A program made the position numbers and the translations under genes. This document shows, one piece after another, positions 1 to 10,678 of a stretch of 64,000 nt of DNA. The notes beneath the pieces are model-generated. The model did not search any database. It was not told the DNA's origin and saw nothing but the letters and a program-made list of their open reading frames with translations. Numbering within the stretch: the stretch's first letter is position 1; each line of letters opens with the position of its first letter. The stretch covers positions 31,800 through 95,799 of the IMG/VR virus record IMGVR_UViG_3300027741_000040. One strand, given 5' to 3'. Origin of the DNA: a virus.

Positions 1-2
1 GA

Positions 3-3000
3 GACCCTCACGGGTCCATAATACATTCATTAAGCTATAGTGGTGATAGATATACTAAATTAGCCTATAACAACTCTTGGTATCATATTAAAGAGGACAA
101 GCAAAGTTCCTTCTCTACAGAATCATTTGATGAGAATACTTTTTCATCACAGGCTAATGCTACCGGAGATATTTATTCTTTCCAATATAATTCAGACGGT
201 ACTAATCTAGCCGGATCAAAAATGTATTGGAGTTCTGGGAATACGAATAAGCTACTATTAGGCTCTAGTTCGGAATCACTTGCCCATACTATTATTCCAA
301 CATCTGGTTCTGGTAATGTAATTTTTAATAATGACAGAACTAGTAGCGATTTTATTGTTCGTGGTAGCGGGAATAAAAACTTATGGTTCACCTATGACGG
401 CAGAATTGGTCTTAATATGCCTTCTGGTACCAGTCCCCAAACAATATTTCATATAGTAAACGATATTTGTCATGAAGGATTTAGAATAGAAAATAGAAGC
501 GCATGTCATGCTGCTAATATCACCTTATATCATAAACCTAGTGGTAATATATCTAATAATAGCATTGTTGGAGAGCTTACTCTAGCAGGAAAAAATAATG
601 CTAGTGGAAATAAAATAGATTATGTGAGAATTCTGTCTAGAGCAAAAGATCCTTCGGCTACTCCACAAGGAAGATTTGAATTGGTTGTAGAGTCTGCTGG
701 TAACGGAATATCCACTCTCGTTAGTGATCCTAGCGCTACTGTAGTAGGTTATTCTAATAATAGTTTAGTTGTTAGTGGTAATACTAGTAGTAAATTAGGT
801 TTTACTAATACTAATCTTAATCTAACTAACGCTACTGCTACACTAAAAGGCTCTACTATCAAGTTGGAGTCACAAAATATTGTTTTTGGCAGTGGTAATG
901 TTGGGACAGTCACTCTTCCGTCTTTAGTAGCCTCAAATATTCAAACAAATAATATTTATTTACCATCTATAGGTCCTAATACTGTCTTATCGACAGACTC
1001 AAACGGGAACGTATCCGCGGCATCTGCTACGGTAAGATTTCCATCTATTCCAGCTGACAGAATACTAACTACGGATGTTGGAGGTTCAGTTACTGGGGTA
1101 TATCGTACTGACTCGTTCTTCTATACTGATAGAGATATCACCTGGAATAAATATGCACAAAGAACGGCTAGTATATGCTTGAGACAAGTCATTTTAGATG
1201 CTGCTTGCCCAATAGAAGAATTTTCTGTTAATGATCAGATTGCGATAATTACAAATACACAAATATTTTATAGACAAATAACGTCACTAGATATTAGTGG
1301 TAATAATATTGTTGGTATGTTAGTCAATCAAAATTTGACAGCTAATACTGTGTCTAATGTTAGAATTATATCCATTACTAAAGGGGCATATCTAAACTTA
1401 GAGATGTACACAGAAAAGGGAACAGCAGCTGATGCAACATCTATTGTTCTTAGTTTAAGGCCCAATAAGAGCACAGTATTTAACGCTCAGCATAAAGATA
1501 TTGATTTTCTTGTTTATGGTCTGGATAATAGTCCCACCCTATCTATTAAAGCCAATAATGGAAGATCCTCTGCTCAATCTGGTGAATACTCTGTGTATGC
1601 CACACATCAAATGGGTAATCTATTCCCGGTTCCTGTTACTACACTAGGAGAGGGAGCAAATAATACTAATAATAGTGCTAATTATAATAGAACAGCCTCT
1701 GGTTTATTTAGCGGTATGGTTACGTCTGTTGGTACTAATGGATTACCAAGTTATTACGGAACATATGATCAAAACGGTAACGTAGCAGAATGGGTGGAGG
1801 ACCCAAGCACAGTTTCTACCTCGTCTTCTCAGTTTGCTGTTGGAGGATCATGGCTATCATCATCTGTTAATGCATTACGTAGTATCATACCGTATTCTGT
1901 TTCTAGTGGATATCAAGATGTTGGTTTTAGAGTTTCTAGCTCTTACGGCCTTGTAGACAGCTCCTATATTAGTAATGATCTTGGTTTTCGTTTTGTTTCT
2001 ATAGGTAATCTCAATAATAATGCTGATTTAAGTACCATATATACTAATAGTAGTAGTGGTACCCCAGTACCTTCTAGTATTAACAATTTGGGTGTGGTCA
2101 ACAAGAATTATCGTATAGGAATTACAGAAACCACCAACTCCCAATATGTTAAATTCTTAAATTCTGTAGCTTCTACCGACCCTTTTGGACTCTATGATTC
2201 TAATATGTCTGGCTCTTTAATCGGAGGCATTAGCAGATCAGGTATAGAGGGCTCATATAGCTATTATACCAAAACAAATATGGAAGCTAAGCCTGTAGTG
2301 TTTGTTGATTATTTATCTGCTATTAGATTCACAAACTGGCTACATAACGGTACCCCAACAGGCACTGGACTTAGTGATTTTGTTACCGAAGATGGAGCAT
2401 ATAGTCTATTTAGTTTAGGAAATAATACTTATCAGATCACCAAGAGTCCCTATCAAAAATATTCGTTACCCAGTCTGAATCAGTGGCATAAAGCAGCTTA
2501 TTTCGTTCCAGGAGAATCACTTGCTAGTAGCGGCACCTCTAGTGTATTAATTAGAAGAGATACTCCATATATAATAAACACAGGAGTTAGCGCTAGCGGT
2601 ACTTCATATATTAATTATGCTAGTTTAAGCGTTAGTGGATGGATATTTGCAGATAAATTAAAACTTGGAGATGGATCATTTAGTAGTAATATTGGTGACG
2701 ATAATAGCAGTCTATCATTATTAAATGGAACTCTTATATTACAATCTGGAGCTCAGTCTCAAAAAGCTCTTATTGGAAATCAAAATAATGTAATTATCAA
2801 TAATTCTGGTCCAGAATGGAATGGCACATACGGAAATGTAATATCTAATACTGGAATAGTACTATCTGCGAATGGAGATATGTCTCTTGTCTCAACTGGT
2901 GCGGTGAAAATATATTCCCCACAAAGCATTAGGATGAGTGGCCTTATTCTTGATTATCTGCAATATAAGAATTTAATAAAAGTAGACGTATCTGGATCCC

Positions 3001-4946
3001 CCATCGCGACATATAACGGAACACTCAGTGGCTTACTATTTAAAGAAAATACCTCGACTGCTACTGCCACCGATATAATGGTAATAGCAAATGGCAAAAT
3101 GACTATGCCTAGTGGGGGTATCAATAAGCCTTTATATCTTGATCAAAATCATGCAATCTCATCGTATTCCGGAATAGATCTGAATCAGGATGGAGTTACG
3201 GTCACCTCTTCGCTTACTGTTGACTCAATAAGAATTGGAAGCGGATTAGAATATTATAAAGGTAGTATTTTAACTCATAATGGAGCAGATCCGGCTACAT
3301 GGGAACCGGCAGAATATTTGAAAGCAGAAGGCATATTGTGGCACAGATATCCAAAACGTCCAGTAATGGTTTATCAAGATAAGTTGGTGTTCACAGATGC
3401 TTCTGCATCAACATTAGCAAGTGAATTTTCTTATAGTGATACTATTGCTGTTATCAACGCAGATACAAGAGAAACGAAGTATATTAAGGCTGCCTATGAG
3501 ACAAAAAATATAATCGATGGAGATCATCCAACGACTATCCCAACTGCAATATTCAGCAACGGCACCGAGCTTAGGTACTGTCCAAAAATCACTTGGTCTA
3601 GTGATGTTTGTTCTGGAGTATCCGGTTATGCATATTCTGTTACCAAAGGAGGATATTTATCAATACAGATTGAGCAAGAACATAATCAAGATATAAAGTC
3701 GTCATTTATATGTAGTCCTGATAGCACAGGGTATTATAAACCCAGTACATTAAATACTATTAGTACCAGACCAAATCAGCCCACTGCTTTTAATCTTTTG
3801 GGTGAGAATATTGATTTTGCAATTTATGGTGCCAAAAATACTCTCTATCATAGGTATGATGATGCATTATTCGGGCTAGGGGCCGACGGTTTGCCAGTAG
3901 GATTATCTCCAGCGCTAAAAATTAATGCTAGGGTCGATAATGCCGTTTATGGAGATGCCTCTTCTGGAGTATATTTTGCAGGATATACAGACGCTGGACG
4001 AACCATGCCTTCTGGATATGTAGTAGACGAAAGAGCCAAAATATCAATTAATACCAATAATAATTATCTAATATCGTCTATTCCAAGTGGAGCAAATAGT
4101 CTTGGTCTATATGCTGATCTATCAGTAAATGGATATACATATAGTAGTGGAATAATATCAAATAATATTTATTTAAGACCACTGCCTAATATTAGTGGTA
4201 CTGCTCAATATGTTATTAATGCTCCACTAACGATTAATCAATATGGACAAATTATTTCACAAGTTCCAGAAGCTGCCCCTACTATTCCTGGTAGTCCCAC
4301 TTCTATTATTGGAGAAGTAGGAAATAGTGCTGTTACATTGAACTGGGTAGAGCCAACCAATAACGGCGGAAGACGTATCATTAATTATTTGATAGAATAT
4401 TCTGTTAATCAAGGGGCTCTTTGGACAACATATACTAAACCAGTATCCTCATCAACAAGTCTATCTATAACTGGTTTAACTAATAATGTAGAATATTTAT
4501 TTAGAGTATCTGCAATCAATAGCATAGGCACTGGAGCTCCATCATTAGTATCTAGTTCATTTACTCCGCTTAGTAACAGACCATCACAACCCCGATCTCT
4601 CTCAGTAACCAGAGCATCCTTATCTGCTATATTAAGTTGGACAATACCAATCTATGGATCTCCCACAAACTATATAGTAGAATATTCAAGCGATAACGGA
4701 AATACATGGTCAACATATCCGGATCCAGACACGATTTCTACTAGCACCACAGTTACTGTGACCGGACTATCTGATTTTAATAGATATATATTTAGAGTTA
4801 AGGCAGAGAATGCTAATGGTTATGGAGCATATGCAGAGGTGATAAGTTTAGGAACAGATCCCTATGATCCTCCAACAGATCCGGTAAACGATAATACATC
4901 ATTATGGGATTTTGGTAAAATAACATTTACAGGAGTTTGTGTATGA
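3..4946 (+). CDS. Large tail-fibre/virion protein, 5'-partial; circularly permuted FGE-sulfatase-like domain and two C-terminal FN3 domains
   Basis: The frame of ORF 222..4946 is open back to position 3, so the true start lies outside the window. Motifs GTYDQNGNVAEW, GGSW, GFRV and KAAYF (FGE-sulfatase-like). Two FN3 repeats (LNWVEP...YLFRVSAINSIG; LSWTIP...YIFRVKAENANG). Confidence 0.75.
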   Translation, partial: DPHGSIIHSLSYSGDRYTKLAYNNSWYHIKEDKQSSFSTESFDENTFSSQANATGDIYSFQYNSDGTNLAGSKMYWSSGNTNKLLLGSSSESLAHTIIPTSGSGNVIFNNDRTSSDFIVRGSGNKNLWFTYDGRIGLNMPSGTSPQTIFHIVNDICHEGFRIENRSACHAANITLYHKPSGNISNNSIVGELTLAGKNNASGNKIDYVRILSRAKDPSATPQGRFELVVESAGNGISTLVSDPSATVVGYSNNSLVVSGNTSSKLGFTNTNLNLTNATATLKGSTIKLESQNIVFGSGNVGTVTLPSLVASNIQTNNIYLPSIGPNTVLSTDSNGNVSAASATVRFPSIPADRILTTDVGGSVTGVYRTDSFFYTDRDITWNKYAQRTASICLRQVILDAACPIEEFSVNDQIAIITNTQIFYRQITSLDISGNNIVGMLVNQNLTANTVSNVRIISITKGAYLNLEMYTEKGTAADATSIVLSLRPNKSTVFNAQHKDIDFLVYGLDNSPTLSIKANNGRSSAQSGEYSVYATHQMGNLFPVPVTTLGEGANNTNNSANYNRTASGLFSGMVTSVGTNGLPSYYGTYDQNGNVAEWVEDPSTVSTSSSQFAVGGSWLSSSVNALRSIIPYSVSSGYQDVGFRVSSSYGLVDSSYISNDLGFRFVSIGNLNNNADLSTIYTNSSSGTPVPSSINNLGVVNKNYRIGITETTNSQYVKFLNSVASTDPFGLYDSNMSGSLIGGISRSGIEGSYSYYTKTNMEAKPVVFVDYLSAIRFTNWLHNGTPTGTGLSDFVTEDGAYSLFSLGNNTYQITKSPYQKYSLPSLNQWHKAAYFVPGESLASSGTSSVLIRRDTPYIINTGVSASGTSYINYASLSVSGWIFADKLKLGDGSFSSNIGDDNSSLSLLNGTLILQSGAQSQKALIGNQNNVIINNSGPEWNGTYGNVISNTGIVLSANGDMSLVSTGAVKIYSPQSIRMSGLILDYLQYKNLIKVDVSGSPIATYNGTLSGLLFKENTSTATATDIMVIANGKMTMPSGGINKPLYLDQNHAISSYSGIDLNQDGVTVTSSLTVDSIRIGSGLEYYKGSILTHNGADPATWEPAEYLKAEGILWHRYPKRPVMVYQDKLVFTDASASTLASEFSYSDTIAVINADTRETKYIKAAYETKNIIDGDHPTTIPTAIFSNGTELRYCPKITWSSDVCSGVSGYAYSVTKGGYLSIQIEQEHNQDIKSSFICSPDSTGYYKPSTLNTISTRPNQPTAFNLLGENIDFAIYGAKNTLYHRYDDALFGLGADGLPVGLSPALKINARVDNAVYGDASSGVYFAGYTDAGRTMPSGYVVDERAKISINTNNNYLISSIPSGANSLGLYADLSVNGYTYSSGIISNNIYLRPLPNISGTAQYVINAPLTINQYGQIISQVPEAAPTIPGSPTSIIGEVGNSAVTLNWVEPTNNGGRRIINYLIEYSVNQGALWTTYTKPVSSSTSLSITGLTNNVEYLFRVSAINSIGTGAPSLVSSSFTPLSNRPSQPRSLSVTRASLSAILSWTIPIYGSPTNYIVEYSSDNGNTWSTYPDPDTISTSTTVTVTGLSDFNRYIFRVKAENANGYGAYAEVISLGTDPYDPPTDPVNDNTSLWDFGKITFTGVCV

Positions 4947-5461
4947 AACTTAAGTTCAAAAGAGATGAAACAAGTAACGGTATCCCTGACTTTGCTCAGG
5001 TAGATGTTGGCGAACTAGTAATGAATAGCGTAACTGGTAAACTTTACACAAAGCTCATTGATGGTAGCTTGGTTGAATTTAGTAGTCAAAAAGTATGCTA
5101 TGGTCCAATTCCATCAATCTCATATTCAGAGGTTAATAATTTTTGTTGTTTTGGAGATCTATTAACTGTTACGGTCAGTGATCTTTTACCAGAACCAAAA
5201 ATTTATAGTTTTGAATTCACAGAACTAACCAATAATAACTCTACGGTAGTTGTAAATTCCCCAAGCTACAGCAACTATGTTGTTTCTGGAACACAAGGAA
5301 TACCAAACGGACAATCGGTACATTTAAGACAAGCGACCATACCGATTAATCTTAGTATTAATGGCACCAATAATATTAGTATATTTAAATTAGGAGTAGT
5401 ATCAAGTAATATTACAGTAACAGAAAAAACTATAGCCATATCGTGCAATACATGCTCATGA
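4943..5461 (+). CDS. Tail-fibre-associated protein
   Basis: ATG at 4943 overlaps the upstream TGA (ATGA) with AGGAG 7 nt upstream. The N-terminus KLKFKRD...P....GELVMN...GKLY resembles a common phage fibre N-terminal motif. Cys-capped C-terminal domain. Confidence 0.6.
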   Translation: MKLKFKRDETSNGIPDFAQVDVGELVMNSVTGKLYTKLIDGSLVEFSSQKVCYGPIPSISYSEVNNFCCFGDLLTVTVSDLLPEPKIYSFEFTELTNNNSTVVVNSPSYSNYVVSGTQGIPNGQSVHLRQATIPINLSINGTNNISIFKLGVVSSNITVTEKTIAISCNTCS

Positions 5462-5488
5462 GAATACTATAGAACATAGGAAACTAAT

Positions 5489-8400
5489 ATGATTAATATT
5501 TACGAACATAGTAGTCTAGAATGTGATTGTGGAATACTGGTTAATTTTAACCCAGTATTTTCTATTGTACCCCCGATAGGGAACGGTATTGCTCCAACAG
5601 GAGCCACCCCTAATCTACCATTAGAAGATACTTATGTTCTACACTTTAGCGTTAATTCTGTGTCACCATCCGGATCCTTGGTAACATTATCTCCAGATAC
5701 GTATACTATCAATAACAGTAGAATTTTCATACCTACCACTACTGTAAAAATTAACTCAAAATATAAAGTTAATACTCAAGCTTTATTAAAATTAGTTATT
5801 ACTGATGTTTATAATCAAGAGCTACATACTGAATATACTGAGGTAGTTTGTTTACCTGATGTTATTATTCGTCAAGGTACATCAGGACAAAACTCCATAG
5901 ATGAATCTGGACAAACTATTTCTTTAGATACTACAGATCTTGAAGTTGGAATGGATGTGACAGGTACCAATATTGATGGAACAGCTGTGGTTTCCAGAAT
6001 TATTGATAGAAGAACAATTAAAATAACAGGAAAAACCAAATCACTAGCTGGTATTTATACCTATAAATTTGCCAAAGCTTCTTGTGGAACAGTTGTTGAT
6101 GGTTTGCCAAGCTATATTTATTTGAACAAAGACAACAACTGGTCATATACATATAATGGTCAATTAATAGTAAAATTTGTACCAACAGATACTAATGCTA
6201 ATATAAGGGTGGTTCTTCCAGCAACAAACACCAAATTACCATCAAAAAATTCATATTATCAAATTCCTAATACAAGCTTATTTAAGCTAGTTGGTTTGGC
6301 AGTCCCTGGGAATTCTTCCATATGTAGTAAAGAAATTTGTCCATCAATATTAGGACAACTTATTTATGATGGAGACAGTTATGCTAATGGAGATAGCGTT
6401 ACGGTCGAATATAATGGATTCACCGTTTCTGGATCACTTAAAAGCCTACTAACCACATTATCTGAATCTCCATATGTTACTCCCACACTTACTCCTTCAG
6501 TAACTCCTTCTATTACTCCATCAATAACAATAACCCGCACCCCTACAGTTACGCCCACTGTTACTAGAACACCAACGGTAACTCCCACAGTAACGCCTAG
6601 TATAACACCGACGATCACCGTAACAAACACGATTACTCCTAGCATTACAGTTACTCCAACCATTACTATAACTCCTACAGTAAGCATTACGGCTACTCCC
6701 ACAATAACGCCAACCATTAGTATTACGCCGACAATTACTGTTACTTCCACAATTTCTCCAACCCCCACAATAACCATCACTCCGTCTAGATCAGCATCTC
6801 CAGCATATTATGTTTATGCTTGGGGAGATGATACTAATGGAGAGTATGGAACCGGGAATACAACAGCTTCAACGACTCCATTACTCACAGACACTAATAG
6901 TAGTTTTGTTAAGTTTGCATGTGGAGATAATCATACGGTAGCTATTAATAGTTATGGTGAATTATATTCTTGGGGAAGTAATGCTCTTGGTCAATTAGGA
7001 GACGGAACAACCAATGACACCTTGACACCCATCAGGATAGGAACTTCTAATGATTGGGTTGATATTCAAGCTAGTATTAATTATACTTTTGCACTTAATA
7101 GTAGTGGTAAAATATATGCATGGGGAAGTTCTTATGGATCATCTCCGACACTTATGTTTGGAACATGGAAAAAGATGAGTGCTGGCGGAACAAGTATGGC
7201 TATGATATCTATGGATAATAAACTATATACATTTGATTATGGTAATGGATTAGATATTAGCGCTAATAAAATCCAGGTTGGAACTAATAGTAATTGGGTC
7301 TCTATTTCAATGGGCAATACTAGCTTAGCAGCTATCAATAGTTTGGGTCAGCTATATGTAACCTCCTCTGCCGATTACCAGTATTCATCGAGCTATGGGT
7401 GGGCTTATATTTATACTTTAATTAAATATGGATCTGATACTAATTGGTCTTCTGTTGTATGTCTTGGAGGCATACCTCCCGGAGACGGATATTCTGAGGC
7501 TAGTATAATATTTGCTCTTAAAACTACTGGCGAAATTTATTATTACGGTAGGGACTGGTATGCTGCTTATAATGGCGTTTATTATGGTTATTCTAATTTT
7601 GGTTATATTGATCCTATGACTAAAATTGGAACATCTAGTAATTGGACACAAATTTTTGGAGTTATGAATAATACCGCTAGTAATCGTGGAATATTTAGAT
7701 TATATGCTATTAATAGTTCTAATCAGTTATATGGATTTGGAAATAGCAATAATTTAGGAACCGGACTGAGTGGAGGCTTTCTATCATCTCCAACGGCTAT
7801 CGGAGAACCAAACTGGGCATGGATAACAATGAATCCGGGGCGCCAACATGCTCTTGGTATTGTTTCTGCTAATTTAAGCTCTACTCCTACTCCAACAGTA
7901 ACACCAACTATCACCCCTACTCCAACAATTACTGTTACTTCTACTGTTACTCCAACGCTATCGTCCTGTCCTATAGACAATACTGATCCATATAGTGACA
8001 ATGTTTCATTATTATTACATTTTAATGGAGCTAATAATTCAACTTCGTTTGTTGATAGTAGTAAATACTCTAGTACAAATACCATTACTAGTGCTGGAAA
8101 TGCTAAAATATCCACAGACGATTATAAATTTGATAATAGTAGTTTGTATATAGATGGTGTTGGAGATTATTTGCAGATACCGGCTAATAGTTCTTTGTTT
8201 GGTTTTGGAACAGGCGATTTTACTGTTGAAGCGTGGATTAAAATTATTACTTATGGAAGTTATGATACTCAAATCCTTTCAACTGCTGGAAACTATTCGA
8301 ATTTTAGTTTTTCAGTTAAAAATAATGGAGTTTTGAATTTTTGGAATGGATCAGGCTCTACTTCATTCGGAGGAGCCAACACTGTTCCATTAAACCAATG

Positions 8401-10678
8401 GACCCATGTTGCATTTTCAAGAGCTAGTGGTACTCTCAGAGCATATGTAAATGGCAATATGGTAGGAAGCGCATCTGTTACAACCTCATTGGTCAATACA
8501 TTGCCAATTTGTATAGGTGCTACGCCAAGCTACCCAAATAGTAATACTTGTTATATCGACGAACTTAGGGTAACTAAGGGAGTTGGCAGGTATACCACTC
8601 AAAATTTCCCCTATCACTGCCCAAGTCCTGATCCTTCGCCTACTCCAACCATTACAGCAACACCAACCATTACTCAAACTATTAGCGTCACGCCTAGTAT
8701 TACCCCAACCATTAGCATAACTCCAACCATTACCCCGACTATTAGCATAACCCCAACCATTACAATAACTCCCACAGTGAGCATCTCGGCTACTCCTACA
8801 ATAACACCAACCATTAGCATTACTCCAACCATTAGCATAACTCCCTCCATCACCCCAACTATAACTTTAACAAAAAGCCTTACCCCCACCCCTACCGCTA
8901 CTCCTGGGCCAACTCCGTTCGTATCAACATGGGATACTAGACTAACTAGTACCGGGAGTTCTAATAATTATCAAATTACCCTACCTCTTCTTTTGAATGG
9001 AACGTATAATTTTACTGTTAATTGGGGAGACGGTAGTGTTCAAAATATAACAACTTGGGATAGTCCTCTTAAAACTCACACATATTCATATACTGGAAAT
9101 TATACCATAACTATTAGTGGAACTATTAAAGGATGGGAATTTCTATCTTCAGGAGATTGTAAAAAAATCAAATCTATTAGTTCTTGGGGACCGTTGGACC
9201 TTAATGTAACTGGATCATCTGGTAATTTTTCAGGATGTTCTAATCTTACTACTTTGCCAAGTAGTGCTGGTCCAGTATTACCTATTAATTGTTCTAGTCT
9301 TTTTGAAGGATGCTCTGCTCTCACCGGAGGAGTCTGGTACGCCCCATATGCTTTTGCTAATTTTGATACGTCCTCGGTAACTAATATGAGTTATATGTTT
9401 TCTGGATGTTCGTCATTAACCGACGGAAGCATGAGCTACTGGAACACTAGCTCGGTCACAAATATGACTGGCATGTTTCAGAATGCATCTTTGTTTAATA
9501 GTAATATCTCCAGTTGGAATGTTAGCAATGTAACTAATATGAGCTACATGTTTGCTGGGGCAACGTCTTTTAATCAGCCGTTATGGAGCACAACATCCAA
9601 AGTAGCTAATATGAATAGCATGTTTGCTGTTGCCTCATCATTCAATCAAAATTTAGCCTCTCTTAATATTTCAGCTATTACTAATATGAGTCGAATGTTA
9701 TATTTGAGCGGAATGAGTCAAGATAATTATCATAATTTATTAATTGGTTGGGGTACGGGCTCTGGACGAACAACAAGAACTAATGTTCCTTTTGGTATTA
9801 GTCAAGAATTCCTTAGTACAAATAGTAGTGCCGTTACTGGAAGAAGTTATTTACAAGGTTTAGGATGGACCATGACCGATCATGGTAATGAAAAAACTAC
9901 CATTTTAAAGCTTGAAGGAGCTAACTCCGTTGAACTAGGATATCTGTTAAGATATCTTAATGCTCCTGGTTATACCCAAAATAAAACCAATAATGTTTAT
10001 CTTGATATTAATTGGGGAGATGGCAGTGGAACCAGAGTAGTTGGAAATAACTCTTCTGCTATCAATCATACATATTCTGCTTCTGGATCTTATCTTGTAA
10101 GAATAACATTCGTAAGCTCCAGCTTTGGTTCATATTTTCAGTTTGGTAACGGATCTGTTCCTAGTATTGGTATCGACTATTATGATATTTATACTGATGT
10201 TATTAGATTTGGAGCATATATGAGACTAGTAGATGTGGGGTTCTCTGATTTTAGTAATTTAGAGATTAGCGCAACTGATCAGCCATTGATGCCATTAAAT
10301 AATAAACTTGATTTTATATTCTACAATACTAGTTTAGCTTTGACCTCTTCTAAAAACAATTTAAGCAATTGGAATACTAGTGGTATTATTAGTATGAATC
10401 ATCTATTTGAGGCCTCTCAATTTAATGGAGATGTTCGTAATTGGAATTTTAGTTCTATTAATAATACTGGAGGTAATGGATTGAGTAACTTTGTTAGTAC
10501 TCCTTTTTCGGTAGCTAATTATAGTAATTTATTAGTTGCTTTGGATGCTAATACCACAGCCTCTAATATTGTTTTAGGAGTAGGCTCGTCACAATATGTA
10601 TATCAATCATCAGTAATTAATGCTAGGGCTTCACTAATAAGCAGAGGATGGACTATCTCTGATGGAGGAAGACAATAA
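5489..10678 (+). CDS. Multidomain adhesin/receptor-binding protein (Pro/Thr linkers, RCC1 repeats, LamG-like domain, BspA/DUF285-like repeats)
   Basis: RCC1: YAWGDDTNGEYG, ACGDNHTVAI, YSWGSNALGQLGDG. LamG: SLLLHFNG, GTGDFTVEAWI, NQWTHVA, YIDELRVTKG. BspA-like: WNTSSVTNMTGMF, WNVSNVTNMSYMF. Two NWGDGS PKD-like motifs. Confidence 0.8.
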   Translation: MINIYEHSSLECDCGILVNFNPVFSIVPPIGNGIAPTGATPNLPLEDTYVLHFSVNSVSPSGSLVTLSPDTYTINNSRIFIPTTTVKINSKYKVNTQALLKLVITDVYNQELHTEYTEVVCLPDVIIRQGTSGQNSIDESGQTISLDTTDLEVGMDVTGTNIDGTAVVSRIIDRRTIKITGKTKSLAGIYTYKFAKASCGTVVDGLPSYIYLNKDNNWSYTYNGQLIVKFVPTDTNANIRVVLPATNTKLPSKNSYYQIPNTSLFKLVGLAVPGNSSICSKEICPSILGQLIYDGDSYANGDSVTVEYNGFTVSGSLKSLLTTLSESPYVTPTLTPSVTPSITPSITITRTPTVTPTVTRTPTVTPTVTPSITPTITVTNTITPSITVTPTITITPTVSITATPTITPTISITPTITVTSTISPTPTITITPSRSASPAYYVYAWGDDTNGEYGTGNTTASTTPLLTDTNSSFVKFACGDNHTVAINSYGELYSWGSNALGQLGDGTTNDTLTPIRIGTSNDWVDIQASINYTFALNSSGKIYAWGSSYGSSPTLMFGTWKKMSAGGTSMAMISMDNKLYTFDYGNGLDISANKIQVGTNSNWVSISMGNTSLAAINSLGQLYVTSSADYQYSSSYGWAYIYTLIKYGSDTNWSSVVCLGGIPPGDGYSEASIIFALKTTGEIYYYGRDWYAAYNGVYYGYSNFGYIDPMTKIGTSSNWTQIFGVMNNTASNRGIFRLYAINSSNQLYGFGNSNNLGTGLSGGFLSSPTAIGEPNWAWITMNPGRQHALGIVSANLSSTPTPTVTPTITPTPTITVTSTVTPTLSSCPIDNTDPYSDNVSLLLHFNGANNSTSFVDSSKYSSTNTITSAGNAKISTDDYKFDNSSLYIDGVGDYLQIPANSSLFGFGTGDFTVEAWIKIITYGSYDTQILSTAGNYSNFSFSVKNNGVLNFWNGSGSTSFGGANTVPLNQWTHVAFSRASGTLRAYVNGNMVGSASVTTSLVNTLPICIGATPSYPNSNTCYIDELRVTKGVGRYTTQNFPYHCPSPDPSPTPTITATPTITQTISVTPSITPTISITPTITPTISITPTITITPTVSISATPTITPTISITPTISITPSITPTITLTKSLTPTPTATPGPTPFVSTWDTRLTSTGSSNNYQITLPLLLNGTYNFTVNWGDGSVQNITTWDSPLKTHTYSYTGNYTITISGTIKGWEFLSSGDCKKIKSISSWGPLDLNVTGSSGNFSGCSNLTTLPSSAGPVLPINCSSLFEGCSALTGGVWYAPYAFANFDTSSVTNMSYMFSGCSSLTDGSMSYWNTSSVTNMTGMFQNASLFNSNISSWNVSNVTNMSYMFAGATSFNQPLWSTTSKVANMNSMFAVASSFNQNLASLNISAITNMSRMLYLSGMSQDNYHNLLIGWGTGSGRTTRTNVPFGISQEFLSTNSSAVTGRSYLQGLGWTMTDHGNEKTTILKLEGANSVELGYLLRYLNAPGYTQNKTNNVYLDINWGDGSGTRVVGNNSSAINHTYSASGSYLVRITFVSSSFGSYFQFGNGSVPSIGIDYYDIYTDVIRFGAYMRLVDVGFSDFSNLEISATDQPLMPLNNKLDFIFYNTSLALTSSKNNLSNWNTSGIISMNHLFEASQFNGDVRNWNFSSINNTGGNGLSNFVSTPFSVANYSNLLVALDANTTASNIVLGVGSSQYVYQSSVINARASLISRGWTISDGGRQ
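6475..6790 (+). repeat. Low-complexity Thr/Pro coding repeat (TPT[I/V]) linker 1
   Basis: About 100 codons of TPSI/TPTV/TPTI repeats. Confidence 0.9.
7880..7958 (+). repeat. Thr/Pro coding repeat linker 2
   Basis: STPTPTVTPTITPTPTITVTSTVTPT between the RCC1 and LamG modules. Confidence 0.85.
8620..8915 (+). repeat. Thr/Pro coding repeat linker 3
   Basis: TPTISITPTI repeats; recurrent DNA unit (c)caaccattagcat. Confidence 0.9.

Noticed and set aside
1640-2000. Diversity-generating retroelement target (FGE-sulfatase/C-type lectin fold)
   Set aside because: No reverse transcriptase and no second near-identical template repeat were seen in the window, and the GFRV end is internal to the protein.
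6379-8889. Minus-strand Val/Gly/Met-rich ORFs (6379..6780, 7723..8115, 8674..8889)
   Set aside because: These are antisense shadows of the Thr/Pro codon repeats.
8620-8915. CRISPR-like periodic repeats
   Set aside because: The repeats are in-frame coding units that vary at third codon positions and have no unique spacers.
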